From: Desulfobacterales bacterium
Lineage (GTDB): Bacteria > Desulfobacterota > Desulfobacteria > Desulfobacterales > UBA5852
Reading direction: 5' to 3'
Assembly (NCBI GenBank): GCA_963674755.2
Contig: CAXXVS010000003.1
Location: 1,248,001-1,312,000, forward strand
Length of the DNA: 64,000 nucleotides
Of this stretch, positions 49,552 to 59,551 are shown piece by piece. The notes beneath the pieces were generated by a model that was not told where the DNA came from, searched no databases, and worked only from the letters and a program-made list of their open reading frames with translations. Both the position numbers and the translations under genes were made by a program. The number at the start of each line of letters is the position of its first letter. Position 1 is the first letter of the stretch.

Positions 49552-50212
49552 GCTGCACATCCTCCCTGACGAGTTTGCGTGGACCTCCGGCGCGATCGGA
49601 AGACCAGTCCTTGATGGGGGTGAGTTTTTCGTAGTCGTCCATGCGGCCCAATAGCTTCAAGCGGTCCACAATGAGCTGCCAGGCGCAGTCGACATCTTTG
49701 CTGATTTCGCATTTCCCGTTGGTGGAGCCCCCGCAGGGGCCGTTCATGACGCGTTTGGCGCAGCGGGCAATGGGGCAGATGCCGCCGGTCTGGGCCAGGA
49801 TGCACTGGCCGCAGGCCTGGCAGCGCTCGGTATAGAGTCCCAGTTTCTCGACCGCACCCAAAAAGGTGGTGTTCAGGCCCGGGTAGATCGGTTTGGGGTA
49901 TTTCTCCGCCATGAACTGCACACCGATGCCGCAGGCCGTGCTCAACACGGCATCCGCCCACTCGACGTGCGCTTCGGTCTTTTCGAAAAATTCATGCTCG
50001 CACTGGCGTTCGATGCCGGAATCCTGAATTTCCATCTCGACGCCTTCCTGGGTGGCCTTCATGCGCAGCAGGGAGGCCAGGATTTCGGCTTCCTTGTTGC
50101 CCCCTTGCTGACAAACGGCGACACAGGTGTTGCAACCGAACACCAGGACCTTTTTGTGGCCTTTGATGGTCTCCCATAGCTCTTCAAGAGGTTTCTGTTC
50201 GCCCACGATCAT
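49541..50212 (-). CDS. metV: MetV (MTHFR small Fe-S/Zn subunit)
   Basis: GCNTC, RQCE, ACGIG, CQACGQC, ICPIARCAK..NGPCGG, CAW. Confidence 0.88.
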   Translation of the reverse strand: MIVGEQKPLEELWETIKGHKKVLVFGCNTCVAVCQQGGNKEAEILASLLRMKATQEGVEMEIQDSGIERQCEHEFFEKTEAHVEWADAVLSTACGIGVQFMAEKYPKPIYPGLNTTFLGAVEKLGLYTERCQACGQCILAQTGGICPIARCAKRVMNGPCGGSTNGKCEISKDVDCAWQLIVDRLKLLGRMDDYEKLTPIKDWSSDRAGGPRKLVREDVQHDS

Positions 50213-50718
50213 GGCTGTTTTCTCCTTTCCTGCGCCTGAAGTGCAAGCCGTATGGGAGAAGGACCGAGTTGCTGGATCCTTTCCGTGAATTCATTGCAGA
50301 TTTCCGCCCATCTCGGCCCCATGGCGGCCGACAAATTATACATCGCGAGGCGTTCGGGATCGAGGCCGACCTTGGGGAGAATGGTTTTCAGATAATTGAC
50401 GCGCTTGGCTGCATTGAGATTTCCTTCCAGGAAATGGCATTGGCCCTCCAGTCAGCCGGCGACGAACAAGCCGTCCACGCCCCGTTCAAATGCGCGCAGC
50501 ACATAGCTGTGGTCCAGCTTGCCCGTGCAGGGCATGCGGATGATTTTGACGTTGTGAGCGTAGGACAACCGCATGACGCCGGCCAGATCGGCTGCGGCGA
50601 AGGCACAGTAATGGCAGGCAAACGCGAGAATGCTGGGGTCCCAGTCGGCCGGGATTTCCCTCGGGGGTTCTATGGGGGGGGCTTCCTCAGCGACGGCCGC
50701 TTGCGCTTGTACGGTCAT
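50209..50718 (-). CDS. mvhD: MvhD/FlxD [2Fe-2S] subunit, selenocysteine-containing (TGA at 50454-50452)
   Basis: FACHYCA..AADLAG, RMPCTGK, FVAG-TGA-LEGQCHFLEGN. Frame continues to ...LGPSP...KQP*, with the stop overlapping the metV ATG. Hairpin ATTTCC-TGGAA-GGAAAT (50435-50419) follows the UGA. Confidence 0.88.
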
Positions 50719-50759
50719 GGTGATCGTTCTCCCTGTGGGTGTGATTGAGGGTTGTTCAT

Positions 50760-53700
50760 TCAGGCCTTTTCAAAGACATCTTCCGTGGCGGCATCGACCA
50801 TGGCACGGATCTGTTCATCCGTGAAGTTGTTCACCTGGAAGGCCTTGGCCGGGCAGATGCCGGCGCAGATACCGCAGCCGGTGCAGATGACCTCGTTGTG
50901 GCTCACCTTGCCGTCCTCGTCGATAAAGGGCGAGCCGAAAGGGCAGACCCGGAAACAGGCCAGGCAGGACATGCAGATATCCCGGTTGTGTTTGGAGATG
51001 ATGCCCGAAACGCTCAGCCGGTCGTGGGAGAGCAGTACCCCCGCCCGCCCGGCCGCGGCCAGGGCCTGACTGATCGTCTCATCAAGATTTTTGGGGGCAT
51101 GTGCCAGACCGGCCACATAGAGCCCTTCACTGGGGAAATCCACCGGCCGCAGTTTGACATGCGCCTCCAGAAAGAACCCATCCGGGTTGCGGGTGAGTTT
51201 GTACTGTTTGCCGATTTTTTCCGTCAGCGGGTGGGGCCGCAGTCCGGTGGAGAGGACGACCATATCGGGGTGCAGGCGAATATCCCGGTTCAGCACGTAG
51301 TCGAAGGTCGTGACCTGGAGACGCTCGCCGCCGGTCTCCACCTGGGGTTTGTTCTCCGGCTCAAATCGGACGAAGAGGACTCCGACTTCCCGGGCCTTCT
51401 GATAGTAGTCCTCGCGCAGGCCATAGGTGCGGATATCGCGATAGAGAATCGTGACCTGGGCCGACGGCGATTTCTCCTTGATGGCGATGGCGTTTTTAAT
51501 CGCGTCCTGGCAGCAGACCCGCGAGCAGTAGTTCAGCGGTTCCTCGCGGGATCCGACACACTGGATCATGAGATAGTGTTTCCCTCCCGGGTCGAGCCCT
51601 TCGGCGATTTGTTTCTCAAGCTCACGCTGGGTAATGACGCGGTCGCTGTCCTTGTAGCCGTATTCCTCAGGTTCATATTCGGTACCCCCGGAGGCCACCA
51701 CGATGGCGCCATGATCGAATTTGTCGCCGTTTGTCAGGGTGGTTTTAAAGCCCCCCACAAATCCACCGGTGGTTGCCACTTCCGATCCCAGGTGGACATT
51801 GATCTTGGGGTGGTTTTCCACGGCGGCGATTTTTTCTTTAACAAAGGCCTGGACATCGCTGCCGTCCAAGGTGCGGTAGACATTCCCGGCCAACCCGCCC
51901 AAACGCTCGTTCTTTTCGACGATATGGATATCGAATCCCTGGTCGGCCAGGGCGATAGCGGAGGTCATGCCGGCCACACCGCCGCCGATGATCATGGCGG
52001 CCGGGGTAACGGGTACCGAATCGGTTTGCACCGGCTGCAGGTAGCGGGCCTTGGCCACGTTCATTTTGACGATTTCAGTGGCTTTTTTGGTCGCAATCTC
52101 CTTCTGTCCCATATGGCACCAGCTGCACTGCTCGCGAATATCGGCCAGCTCGAACAGGTATTTGTTCAGACCGACTTCCCGGATGGTGTCCTGAAACAGG
52201 GGGGCATGGGTGCGGGGTGTGCAAGAGGCCACAATGACACGGTTGAGCTTGTGTTCGTTGATCAACGCCTTGATTTTCTCCTGGCCGTCGGGCGCACAGG
52301 CGTACATCAGATCGTCGGAATAGGCCACATTCGGCACGGAGCGCATTTCTTCCGCGACACCTTTAACATCCACGGTCTGGGAAATGTTGATGCCGCAGTG
52401 GCAGACAAAGACGCCGATGCGCGGTTCTTCGCCGGCCACCTCCTTTTCATCGGGCAGTTCCTGAACGGTGATTTCCGTACCCCGGGCTTCCCCCAGGAGG
52501 GCCATGCTGCGGCCGGCCACGGCGCTGCCCTGGGCTACGGTCTCCGGGATGTCCTTGGGCCCCTGGTAGGTGCCGGTGACGTAGATCCCCGGCCGCGTGG
52601 TTTCCACCGGCCCGAAGGTTGTCGTCTTGGCAAAGCCGTGGATGTTGGGTTCAATGCCGAAGGTGCGGGCAAATTCAGCTGCATCGGCATGGGGTTGAAA
52701 CCCGATGGAGAGCACCACCATGTCGAAGATTTCCTCGATCAGAGTGCCGTCTTCGGTGGCAAATCGCAGAATCAGGCTGCCGGTGTCCGGATCTTGCTTG
52801 ACGTCGGAGATCATGGTGCGGCGGTAGACCACGCCATATTGGTTTTTGGCTCGATCGACGTATTTGTCGAAATCTTTGCCGAAAGCCCGCATTTCCATGT
52901 AAAAAACCGTGGGCTGAATGCGGCCGTCGTGTTCCTTGGCGATGACGGCCTGTTTGGTGGCGTACATGCAGCACACCGACGAGCACCAGGGGTTGGCGTT
53001 GTGCGGGTCCCGCGATCCGACACATTGGATCCAGGCCACCTTGCGGGGGTGTCGTTCGTCGGAGGGGCGTTTGATTTCGCCGGCGAAAGGGCCGGAAGCG
53101 GACAAAATGCGTTCGAACTGGAGCGAGGTGACGACGTTGGGCCAGCGGCCGAATCCCAGTTCCTGGCGCACCCGCGGGTTGTAGCGATCCAGGCCGGGGC
53201 TCAGGATGATGGCGCCCACTTGCAGGTCATAGTTCTTGGCTTCATCCTCGAAGTTGATGGCGCCGGCGTCGCAGAATTTCTCACAGGCCTTGCAGCGGCC
53301 CCGCTGCAGGTAGAGGCAGTTGTCGGGATCGATGACACGGGTGTTGGGAACGGCCTGGGGCAGGAGGGAGTAGATGGCCTTGCGTTTGCTTAAGCCCTGC
53401 TCGAATTCGCTGACCACCAGCTTGGGACATTTTTTCTCGCAGGCGCCGCAGCCGGTGCATTTTTCGGCATCCACATAGCGGGGCTTCTCGTGCACGGTGA
53501 CGGTGAAGTCGCCCGGTTCGCCTTCCACGGCGGTCACTTCCGCCAGGGTATGGAGGACGATGTTGGGGTGCCGTCCGACTTCCACCATTTTGGGGGAGAT
53601 CATGCACATGGAGCAGTCGCCGGTGGGGAAGGTCTTGTCCAGCATGGACATGGTCCCGCCGATGGAGGGATCCCGCTGGATCATGTGGACCTTGAAGCCA

Positions 53701-53795
53701 CTGTCGGCCAGATCGAGGGCGGCCTGCATCCCGCCGATGCCGCCCCCGGCAATCAATACCGATCCGCGTTTGGTGCTAGTTCCCTTTTTCGTCAT
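50760..53795 (-). CDS. hdrA: Heterodisulfide reductase subunit A-like flavoprotein (two FAD domains)
   Basis: GGGIGG, LDKTFPTGDCSMC, CVGSRD..CSSVCC, IREQCSW, second GGGVAG, C-terminal ferredoxin motifs. Confidence 0.92.
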   Translation of the reverse strand: MTKKGTSTKRGSVLIAGGGIGGMQAALDLADSGFKVHMIQRDPSIGGTMSMLDKTFPTGDCSMCMISPKMVEVGRHPNIVLHTLAEVTAVEGEPGDFTVTVHEKPRYVDAEKCTGCGACEKKCPKLVVSEFEQGLSKRKAIYSLLPQAVPNTRVIDPDNCLYLQRGRCKACEKFCDAGAINFEDEAKNYDLQVGAIILSPGLDRYNPRVRQELGFGRWPNVVTSLQFERILSASGPFAGEIKRPSDERHPRKVAWIQCVGSRDPHNANPWCSSVCCMYATKQAVIAKEHDGRIQPTVFYMEMRAFGKDFDKYVDRAKNQYGVVYRRTMISDVKQDPDTGSLILRFATEDGTLIEEIFDMVVLSIGFQPHADAAEFARTFGIEPNIHGFAKTTTFGPVETTRPGIYVTGTYQGPKDIPETVAQGSAVAGRSMALLGEARGTEITVQELPDEKEVAGEEPRIGVFVCHCGINISQTVDVKGVAEEMRSVPNVAYSDDLMYACAPDGQEKIKALINEHKLNRVIVASCTPRTHAPLFQDTIREVGLNKYLFELADIREQCSWCHMGQKEIATKKATEIVKMNVAKARYLQPVQTDSVPVTPAAMIIGGGVAGMTSAIALADQGFDIHIVEKNERLGGLAGNVYRTLDGSDVQAFVKEKIAAVENHPKINVHLGSEVATTGGFVGGFKTTLTNGDKFDHGAIVVASGGTEYEPEEYGYKDSDRVITQRELEKQIAEGLDPGGKHYLMIQCVGSREEPLNYCSRVCCQDAIKNAIAIKEKSPSAQVTILYRDIRTYGLREDYYQKAREVGVLFVRFEPENKPQVETGGERLQVTTFDYVLNRDIRLHPDMVVLSTGLRPHPLTEKIGKQYKLTRNPDGFFLEAHVKLRPVDFPSEGLYVAGLAHAPKNLDETISQALAAAGRAGVLLSHDRLSVSGIISKHNRDICMSCLACFRVCPFGSPFIDEDGKVSHNEVICTGCGICAGICPAKAFQVNNFTDEQIRAMVDAATEDVFEKA

Positions 53796-54666
53796 CTTGC
53801 TCCAACTCCTTCAAGAGTGTTGTGCCGTCGATGAAATGTCGATCGGTCTGCAATTCCTCCGGCGGAATGCCTATGGCCGCCCCGATGATCTCCGTGATGA
53901 AAAATACCGGCAGGCGCTCTTCGATGTCGTTTTTCAGGCAGAAGGTCTCCTGCTGGGCATCCAGATTCATCTGACACATGGGGCAGGTGGTCACGAAGCT
54001 GTTGGCGCCGCGGGTCACGGCGTCCTTCATGATCCGCGCCATCAAGTTGTGGGACGTCTCCGGGTCGTTCACGGCGGCCGAGGCGCCGCAGCAGGCCGTC
54101 TTGTGATTCCAGTCCACGGTCTTTATTTTCAGCGCCCCCAGGACCCGTTCCATCCCCTGGGGGTTTTCCACATCGTCGGGCACTGGCACGGTGTAGGGAA
54201 ATCGTGTCAGCATGCACCCGTAGTAGCAGACCGGCCGCAATCCGGTGAGTTTCTGGACCACGCGGTCCTTCAGCGCCCCGGCTGCGATGCGGGCTTCGAG
54301 GGCTTCCAAAATGGAGGAGACCTTGAGAGCGCCGTTGACGGGGGCCCCGAGCTCGCTGTTGATCTCGGCCTTCAGGGTCCCATCATCGGCCATGCGCTGC
54401 TGGGCCACCAGGGTGCGCGAGTAGCAGGCCGAGCAGGGGATGACCATCTCCGCGAACCCGGCACGCTGGGCGATGCCGATATTGCGGGCCGGCATGGCCG
54501 TGGCCATGAAATCGTCCACCTTGCCGGCCGAAGTGGCGCCGCAGCAGTTCCAGTCCTCGATTTCCACGAGTTCCGCGCCCAGCTCCGCGAAGATGCGCCG
54601 GCTCTGGACGTCGTAGAGGGCCGACGACTGCTGCAGGGAACATCCAGGGTAGTAGGCTAGTTGCAT
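53776..54666 (-). CDS. hdrB: Heterodisulfide reductase subunit B
   Basis: YYPGCS, WNCCG, CSACY, YYGC, ACCG, TCPMCQMNLD. Confidence 0.92.
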   Translation of the reverse strand: MQLAYYPGCSLQQSSALYDVQSRRIFAELGAELVEIEDWNCCGATSAGKVDDFMATAMPARNIGIAQRAGFAEMVIPCSACYSRTLVAQQRMADDGTLKAEINSELGAPVNGALKVSSILEALEARIAAGALKDRVVQKLTGLRPVCYYGCMLTRFPYTVPVPDDVENPQGMERVLGALKIKTVDWNHKTACCGASAAVNDPETSHNLMARIMKDAVTRGANSFVTTCPMCQMNLDAQQETFCLKNDIEERLPVFFITEIIGAAIGIPPEELQTDRHFIDGTTLLKELEQDDEKGN

Positions 54667-54738
54667 GATGCTCCTCTTCTCCTCCGAGCCATTTTCAAAA
54701 CGCTCCATCGGAAACGCCCTGCAAACGGCCCCTGTACG

Positions 54739-55353
54739 TTAATGAGTGGCACGTTGTTTGGATTTTCGTTGCAGCGCTTTGATTTCCTTGCGTCCCTTGG
54801 CCACCAGAAAGCCGAAGTGCATTCGCCGCAGGCGTGTCATTTCCAGGCCGAGGTGGGCCTGGGCCTTGATTTCATCGAAAATAGCGCCGAACGCTCTGGT
54901 TTTGATGTTGCGCAGGGCGAACTTCATTTCGTAGGCCCCCATGAATTCCATCTCGTTCACCCGTCCCCAGCGCAGACCGGAGTGGACGAAGGCATCGTGG
55001 AAATCGGCAATCTTGGGCTGCAGCGGTTCGAGATGTTCTTCTTTGGCCATCTTCTTCAGCGTTTCGGTGATGCGGGCCGTCTGGATGTCGTTGGGGCATC
55101 TTGTGCCGCAGGTGTAACAAGAGACACATTTCCAAACGAGCTGGTTGCTCAAGGCCTGATCGCGGTCGCCCAGGACCACCATCCGGATCAGCAGGTTGGG
55201 GGTGAAATAGTCGGTTTCATCCCCCACGCTGCAGCCGGCCGCACAGCGGCGGCACTGATAGCACGCACTGAGGTTCTGGCCGGAGCGCGCCATTACCTCG
55301 GCCAGAAAGGGTTGGGTTTGAGCGGGATTGATGTCGATAGCGGGTGCGGCCAT
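54739..55353 (-). CDS. hdrC: Heterodisulfide reductase subunit C
   Basis: CYQCRRCAAGC, WKCVSCYTCGTRCP, GRVNE. Confidence 0.88.
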   Translation of the reverse strand: MAAPAIDINPAQTQPFLAEVMARSGQNLSACYQCRRCAAGCSVGDETDYFTPNLLIRMVVLGDRDQALSNQLVWKCVSCYTCGTRCPNDIQTARITETLKKMAKEEHLEPLQPKIADFHDAFVHSGLRWGRVNEMEFMGAYEMKFALRNIKTRAFGAIFDEIKAQAHLGLEMTRLRRMHFGFLVAKGRKEIKALQRKSKQRATH

Positions 55354-55537
55354 GAATGATTCCTCCCCGTTGCGGGATGCGAAGGCTTTACCTGACGGCG
55401 GGGCGCCTTCCATGGGAATGACACACTGAACAGACCGGCATGCGCGGAAAACCATGTTCAGTCGTGCTGACGATCACTGGCGGACAACGGCAGTTTACCG
55501 GGATTTAAAGGTCCGGAAAATCCTGGGAGGTCAAAAA

Positions 55538-55553
55538 AGCAACCATTATGCCA
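55538..55553 (-). promoter_or_regulatory. sigma54 promoter of the hdrCBA-mvhD-metVF operon
   Basis: Minus strand TGGCAT-AATGG-TTGCT. Confidence 0.8.
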
Positions 55554-55663
55554 GCGCGCTTGATGGCGCGGGCAATTATGGATAATATATAAATATTAAA
55601 TGGTTATGTCGTTTCGGTCGGGAGGGGAGGGAGGTCGGGCGGCGCCGGCGGGCAGGTGGGGCT

Positions 55664-55752
55664 GTCCCAATTTGGAACGGTATGGATTAAATTGGTAGGG
55701 ATCGCAATAAGTTATTGGTGATATGCCATTTTGGAACGGTCTATTTTGGCAG
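55664..55752. promoter_or_regulatory. Repeated near-palindromic enhancer candidates
   Basis: GTCCCAATTTGGAAC (55664), ATGCCATTTTGGAAC (55723), GGTCTATTTTGGCAG (55738). Confidence 0.55.
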
Positions 55753-55839
55753 ATATTCGCTTTTTAAACGGCCGGATGGGACGGATCGACTGTCCGGCGG
55801 AGGGGCGACCCCTTTTACAGCGGGCCGCCCGGATCCAAT

Positions 55840-56331
55840 TCAATTCCGGTGCTTTTCCTGCTCCTCCTTGGACATCGTCCAGAAGGGGGTGCCGTCGCTG
55901 GTGACCCGCACCTTGAAATCAAAAAAGTCGCCTTTTTTGATCTTGGCCGCCATAAAAACGAACTCGCCGTCAATTTCCGCCCAAACGCCTTTGACCTTGA
56001 CCCGGTCACCCCGCCGTATCCCGATATCCTGGGGACCCGCAAACCACTCCGGGCACACTTCAACCAGATTGACGCTGCCTTCGCCCTCCTCCACCAATAG
56101 GGCGGTGGCCGGCGACATGCCCGGCATGGGCACGACGGTAAAGACTTTTTTGACATAGCCCTTGAAAGAATCCAGTTCCCGGGGATCATAGAGTTTGTTG
56201 TAAGGGGAATCCTTGCCCCAGCCCCCCATGTCGCGCGGGTCTTCGGCCATGGCGGTTCCCGAGGCCATCAGCATCATGGTGATGATGGTCACAGCAAGCC
56301 AGCGTCGGGTAAGATCTACGGGTCGCTTCAT
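55840..56331 (-). CDS. Exported OB-fold-like hypothetical protein
   Basis: Signal peptide; GGWG..SPYNKLYD; CPEWF...GDRVKVKG; DGTPFW. Confidence 0.65.
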   Translation of the reverse strand: MKRPVDLTRRWLAVTIITMMLMASGTAMAEDPRDMGGWGKDSPYNKLYDPRELDSFKGYVKKVFTVVPMPGMSPATALLVEEGEGSVNLVEVCPEWFAGPQDIGIRRGDRVKVKGVWAEIDGEFVFMAAKIKKGDFFDFKVRVTSDGTPFWTMSKEEQEKHRN

Positions 56332-56586
56332 TGTTCCTCCAGTTCGTCTATCATCTGATGGGCACGGGGCATTGCCGCCTTGCGACCGTGATTCGGCCGC
56401 TGCACGCGTTCACCCTCTTCTCTGCGGGATGGGTGGGTCTCCGCGCTGCTTGACGCTTCTCCTCCACGGCTATCCCGATCGATATACGGTTCAACCCGCC
56501 GTCTGGGGGACATTTATAGACCCCGCGCAATGCCTTTTCATCACTATAGGACGTCTTGAACAGATAACAAGTCGACATTGCAGACA

Positions 56587-57072
56587 TTATTCGGGGGTTG
56601 CGGGGGAGTGTCCGTCGGTGGGCACGGGTTCCATGTGCAGGCCGCTGGCCTGCATTTCCCAGTAGAAAATGAATTCGTCGAGCCTGTTAAGGGGGTTGTC
56701 GCTGTCCCAGTAGGCGTATTGCCCTAAGTCCTGGCTTAGAAAGTCATTCCAGAAAAGGTCCACCAGGGTTTCTTCGGTAATGGTGGCGTAAATGAAGGTC
56801 GGGCGCAGTTCAAAGCACTTCATGTTGGCAATCAGGTTGCATTCCGGAACCCAGGTGGTTTCCCGTGTGTTCTGATCCTCGGCTTTGCGGAAGGTCACGG
56901 GGCTGCCCGAGTTGAAGACAAACTCCAGCAGCTTGTTGCGATGGTCGCAAAACCACCACCAGTCCGATTCGCTGTCATGAATAATATGACGCGCCAGCCC
57001 ATTGATCTTGAGATGATGGCGCAGATCCTCAGGGGTTTTCAGCTTGAGTTGGATGACGTCGTTATAGTCCAC
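56587..57072 (-). CDS. Hypothetical protein
   Basis: 161-aa ORF with GGAGG RBS; no recognised motif. Confidence 0.55.
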   Translation of the reverse strand: MDYNDVIQLKLKTPEDLRHHLKINGLARHIIHDSESDWWWFCDHRNKLLEFVFNSGSPVTFRKAEDQNTRETTWVPECNLIANMKCFELRPTFIYATITEETLVDLFWNDFLSQDLGQYAYWDSDNPLNRLDEFIFYWEMQASGLHMEPVPTDGHSPATPE

Positions 57073-57148
57073 AATGTGGTCCTCCAGGATTCGTTTTCAG
57101 ACAAGCCTTAACTATCATTTACCGTCAACCGGCGACAAGATTATTCAA

Positions 57149-59284
57149 TCAGAGCACTTTGACCACCGCCAAGGTGATGTCGTCCTCCTGGTGGGGGCCG
57201 GAAAAGGCGTTTACGGCACTGAATACGGCATCCCGGATGGTGTGCGCATCGCAGTCGTGATGCTCCCGGACGATCTGGCAGAGACGATCCTTGCCGAACA
57301 TTTCCCCCTGGGGATTGAAGGCTTCCCAGATGCCGTCGGTTCCGATGACGATGACTTGCCCGGCGGCACCCATCGGCCTGGAGGAAGTTACGAAATCATA
57401 GTCCGCTTCAATCCCCAGCGCCATTCCCTCGCCGGTCAGCTCCGCGAACTGGTCGGTACGGGGGTCATACAGCAGGGCCGGGTCGTGGCCGGCCCGCACC
57501 CAGTGCAACCGGCGGTGGGCCATGTCGAATTCCAGATAGAAGAGCGTGATGAAGTCGCCGGTTTTCGACGTGTCCGGAAACAGCAGGCGATTGACCAGGG
57601 TGATCCGACGGGCCGGGTCGGCCTCCAGGATCGACATACTGCGAATCATGGCGCGCGCTGTGGTCATCAGGAGGGCTGCGGACACTCCATGGCCGGAAAC
57701 ATCGCCCACCACCACGGCCATGGACGTATTGCCGTCGGCGCCGCTTGGGAAGACATCATAGTAATCACCGCCGGTTTGGTCGCAATAATGGCTGTCGCCG
57801 GCCAGATCCAGACCGGGCAGCTTGGGGGCCTGGACCGGGAGCAGGTTGCGCTGAACCTGGCGGGCGAGTTCCATGGATTGGCTGAGATACCAATGGGCTT
57901 CGAGCCGGGGCACGATGTCGTTGAAAGCATTGATCAGGGTGTCGCGCTCGTCGCCGGTATGCTCGTTGATGCGTACCGTGAAGTCCCCGGTGGATAATCT
58001 GTTCCAGGCCCTGACCATAACGTAAAGCGGTCGCAGAATGGTTCGGGTGCCGATCCATCCCACCAGGAGGACCAGCACCAGCAGCAGGGCCGCGATGATG
58101 CCGGTCACGCGATAGATGTGATGCGTGTGGTCCAGAACGTTTTTGCCCACCTGATCCGCGAGGGAGGAAACCAAACTTTTGGGGACGATCAGAATAATCC
58201 AGAGGGCTGTATCCACCGGGGCGTGAAATCGGGCGAAGGCCCAGATGGAGGGGCGGGTGTTGTAAGGCAACTCCATGGCGCCGCTGCCCTGCTTCTCAAG
58301 GGCGTCGACCAAGGCCTTATCCTGGGACGGGTCGGAAAAGCGGAAAAAGGTCTCCCGGCTTTCATTCGGGAAGTCGCGATTGCCATCGCGTGGACTGCCG
58401 CTGGCGATGATTTCGAGCTTCTGGAGGCCCTCGTCGTTTTCGGTTTCGGGGATGACAAGGAAGGCCAGCGTGTCTTGGGACCACTGGGATTGCAGTTGAT
58501 CCATCTGCATAAATTCGCCGGGCAGCATATCGATGGCGGCGACGCCGATAAAGCGGCCCTGTCCGTCGCGAATCGGTTCGGCCACGGTAAAAACCAGATC
58601 TTGTGTCGAGCTGTCCTTATGGGACAGCCAGGTCAGCTTTCCGTGCTGTTTGGTCTCCACATACCAGGGGCGTTTCCGGGGATCGAATCCCGCGCCAATA
58701 TGACCGTGTCCGGGAAAGGAGATATGCAGTCCGTTCGCCAGACCGATGTATACCCGGTGGGCTACCGCCTGGTTGACCTGGAAGATATCCTTGATAATCG
58801 GCGTGAGCTTCTGAAGGCGTACAATTTGCGGCTTCAGAACATTTTCCTTGCCGGCCGGTATCACGACCACCGGGGCGCTGGTGCTGACGGCCGACGGCAT
58901 CAGGACGCCGCCGGCCGTTGCACGGCTGTAGCGCCATGACATCTGCACGTCCGGCGGTGCTGTTTCGGGGTGGTCGAAATCGTGCGGGGTATAGAACGGC
59001 TCCTCCGACGGAAGGGCCGGCGAGGCCAGAGCATTCGCGGTGCTGCCCGCGAGATACTGGAGGGAGAGTTGCAGGCTGGCGACATGCTGGCTGATCGCAT
59101 CGGCGGATACCCGGGCGCTTCGTGTCAGATCCCGACTGAGGGCGGCGGTCTGCTGGGTCCGGGCGTCGTGTGAGAGCGCCGCTCCCAGACGGTTGATGCT
59201 CTGTCGGCTGGTGACGGTGATGATCAGCAGCGGTGTCAGGCTGAAGGCCAGCAGAATGATGAAGACTTTGTAGCGGATGCTCAT
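57149..59284 (-). CDS. Cache-HAMP-SpoIIE (PP2C-type) membrane phosphatase
   Basis: FDPRKRPWY Cache motif, two TMs, HAMP; GGDYYD, GDVSGHG, RAGH, TDGIWE, DDITL. Confidence 0.9.
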   Translation of the reverse strand: MSIRYKVFIILLAFSLTPLLIITVTSRQSINRLGAALSHDARTQQTAALSRDLTRSARVSADAISQHVASLQLSLQYLAGSTANALASPALPSEEPFYTPHDFDHPETAPPDVQMSWRYSRATAGGVLMPSAVSTSAPVVVIPAGKENVLKPQIVRLQKLTPIIKDIFQVNQAVAHRVYIGLANGLHISFPGHGHIGAGFDPRKRPWYVETKQHGKLTWLSHKDSSTQDLVFTVAEPIRDGQGRFIGVAAIDMLPGEFMQMDQLQSQWSQDTLAFLVIPETENDEGLQKLEIIASGSPRDGNRDFPNESRETFFRFSDPSQDKALVDALEKQGSGAMELPYNTRPSIWAFARFHAPVDTALWIILIVPKSLVSSLADQVGKNVLDHTHHIYRVTGIIAALLLVLVLLVGWIGTRTILRPLYVMVRAWNRLSTGDFTVRINEHTGDERDTLINAFNDIVPRLEAHWYLSQSMELARQVQRNLLPVQAPKLPGLDLAGDSHYCDQTGGDYYDVFPSGADGNTSMAVVVGDVSGHGVSAALLMTTARAMIRSMSILEADPARRITLVNRLLFPDTSKTGDFITLFYLEFDMAHRRLHWVRAGHDPALLYDPRTDQFAELTGEGMALGIEADYDFVTSSRPMGAAGQVIVIGTDGIWEAFNPQGEMFGKDRLCQIVREHHDCDAHTIRDAVFSAVNAFSGPHQEDDITLAVVKVL

Positions 59285-59446
59285 GGCGCGGTCCCCGGTC
59301 TATGTATTCAAAGCGCTCAAGCGTCATGTCAATTCCATGACGAGGGGCGATCTTATGACAGGACGTGGCGTTTGGTCATTTCTGATATGGCAATATAACT
59401 ATTTGGAAATAAGGCAATTAATATGAAACGAGGGTCGTGTGCCAGA

Positions 59447-59462
59447 TGGCCTGGATCTTGCT
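59447..59462 (+). promoter_or_regulatory. sigma54 promoter of actin-PBP operon
   Basis: TGGCCT-GGATC-TTGCT. Confidence 0.65.
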
Positions 59463-59551
59463 AATCCCTATTTCCGATCATTTTTCGGCCCATGCATAGC
59501 CAAGTGCTGCGGTTTGCCGGGCGGTATGACAATTTGTTGTGAGGTGATTCC

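Noticed and set aside
50745..53393. 882-aa plus-strand ORF (likewise 13448..14998, 18403..20139, 24650..25960 and many shorter ones)
   Set aside because: Antisense or alternate-frame shadows of well-supported genes in GC-rich DNA; no recognisable motifs.
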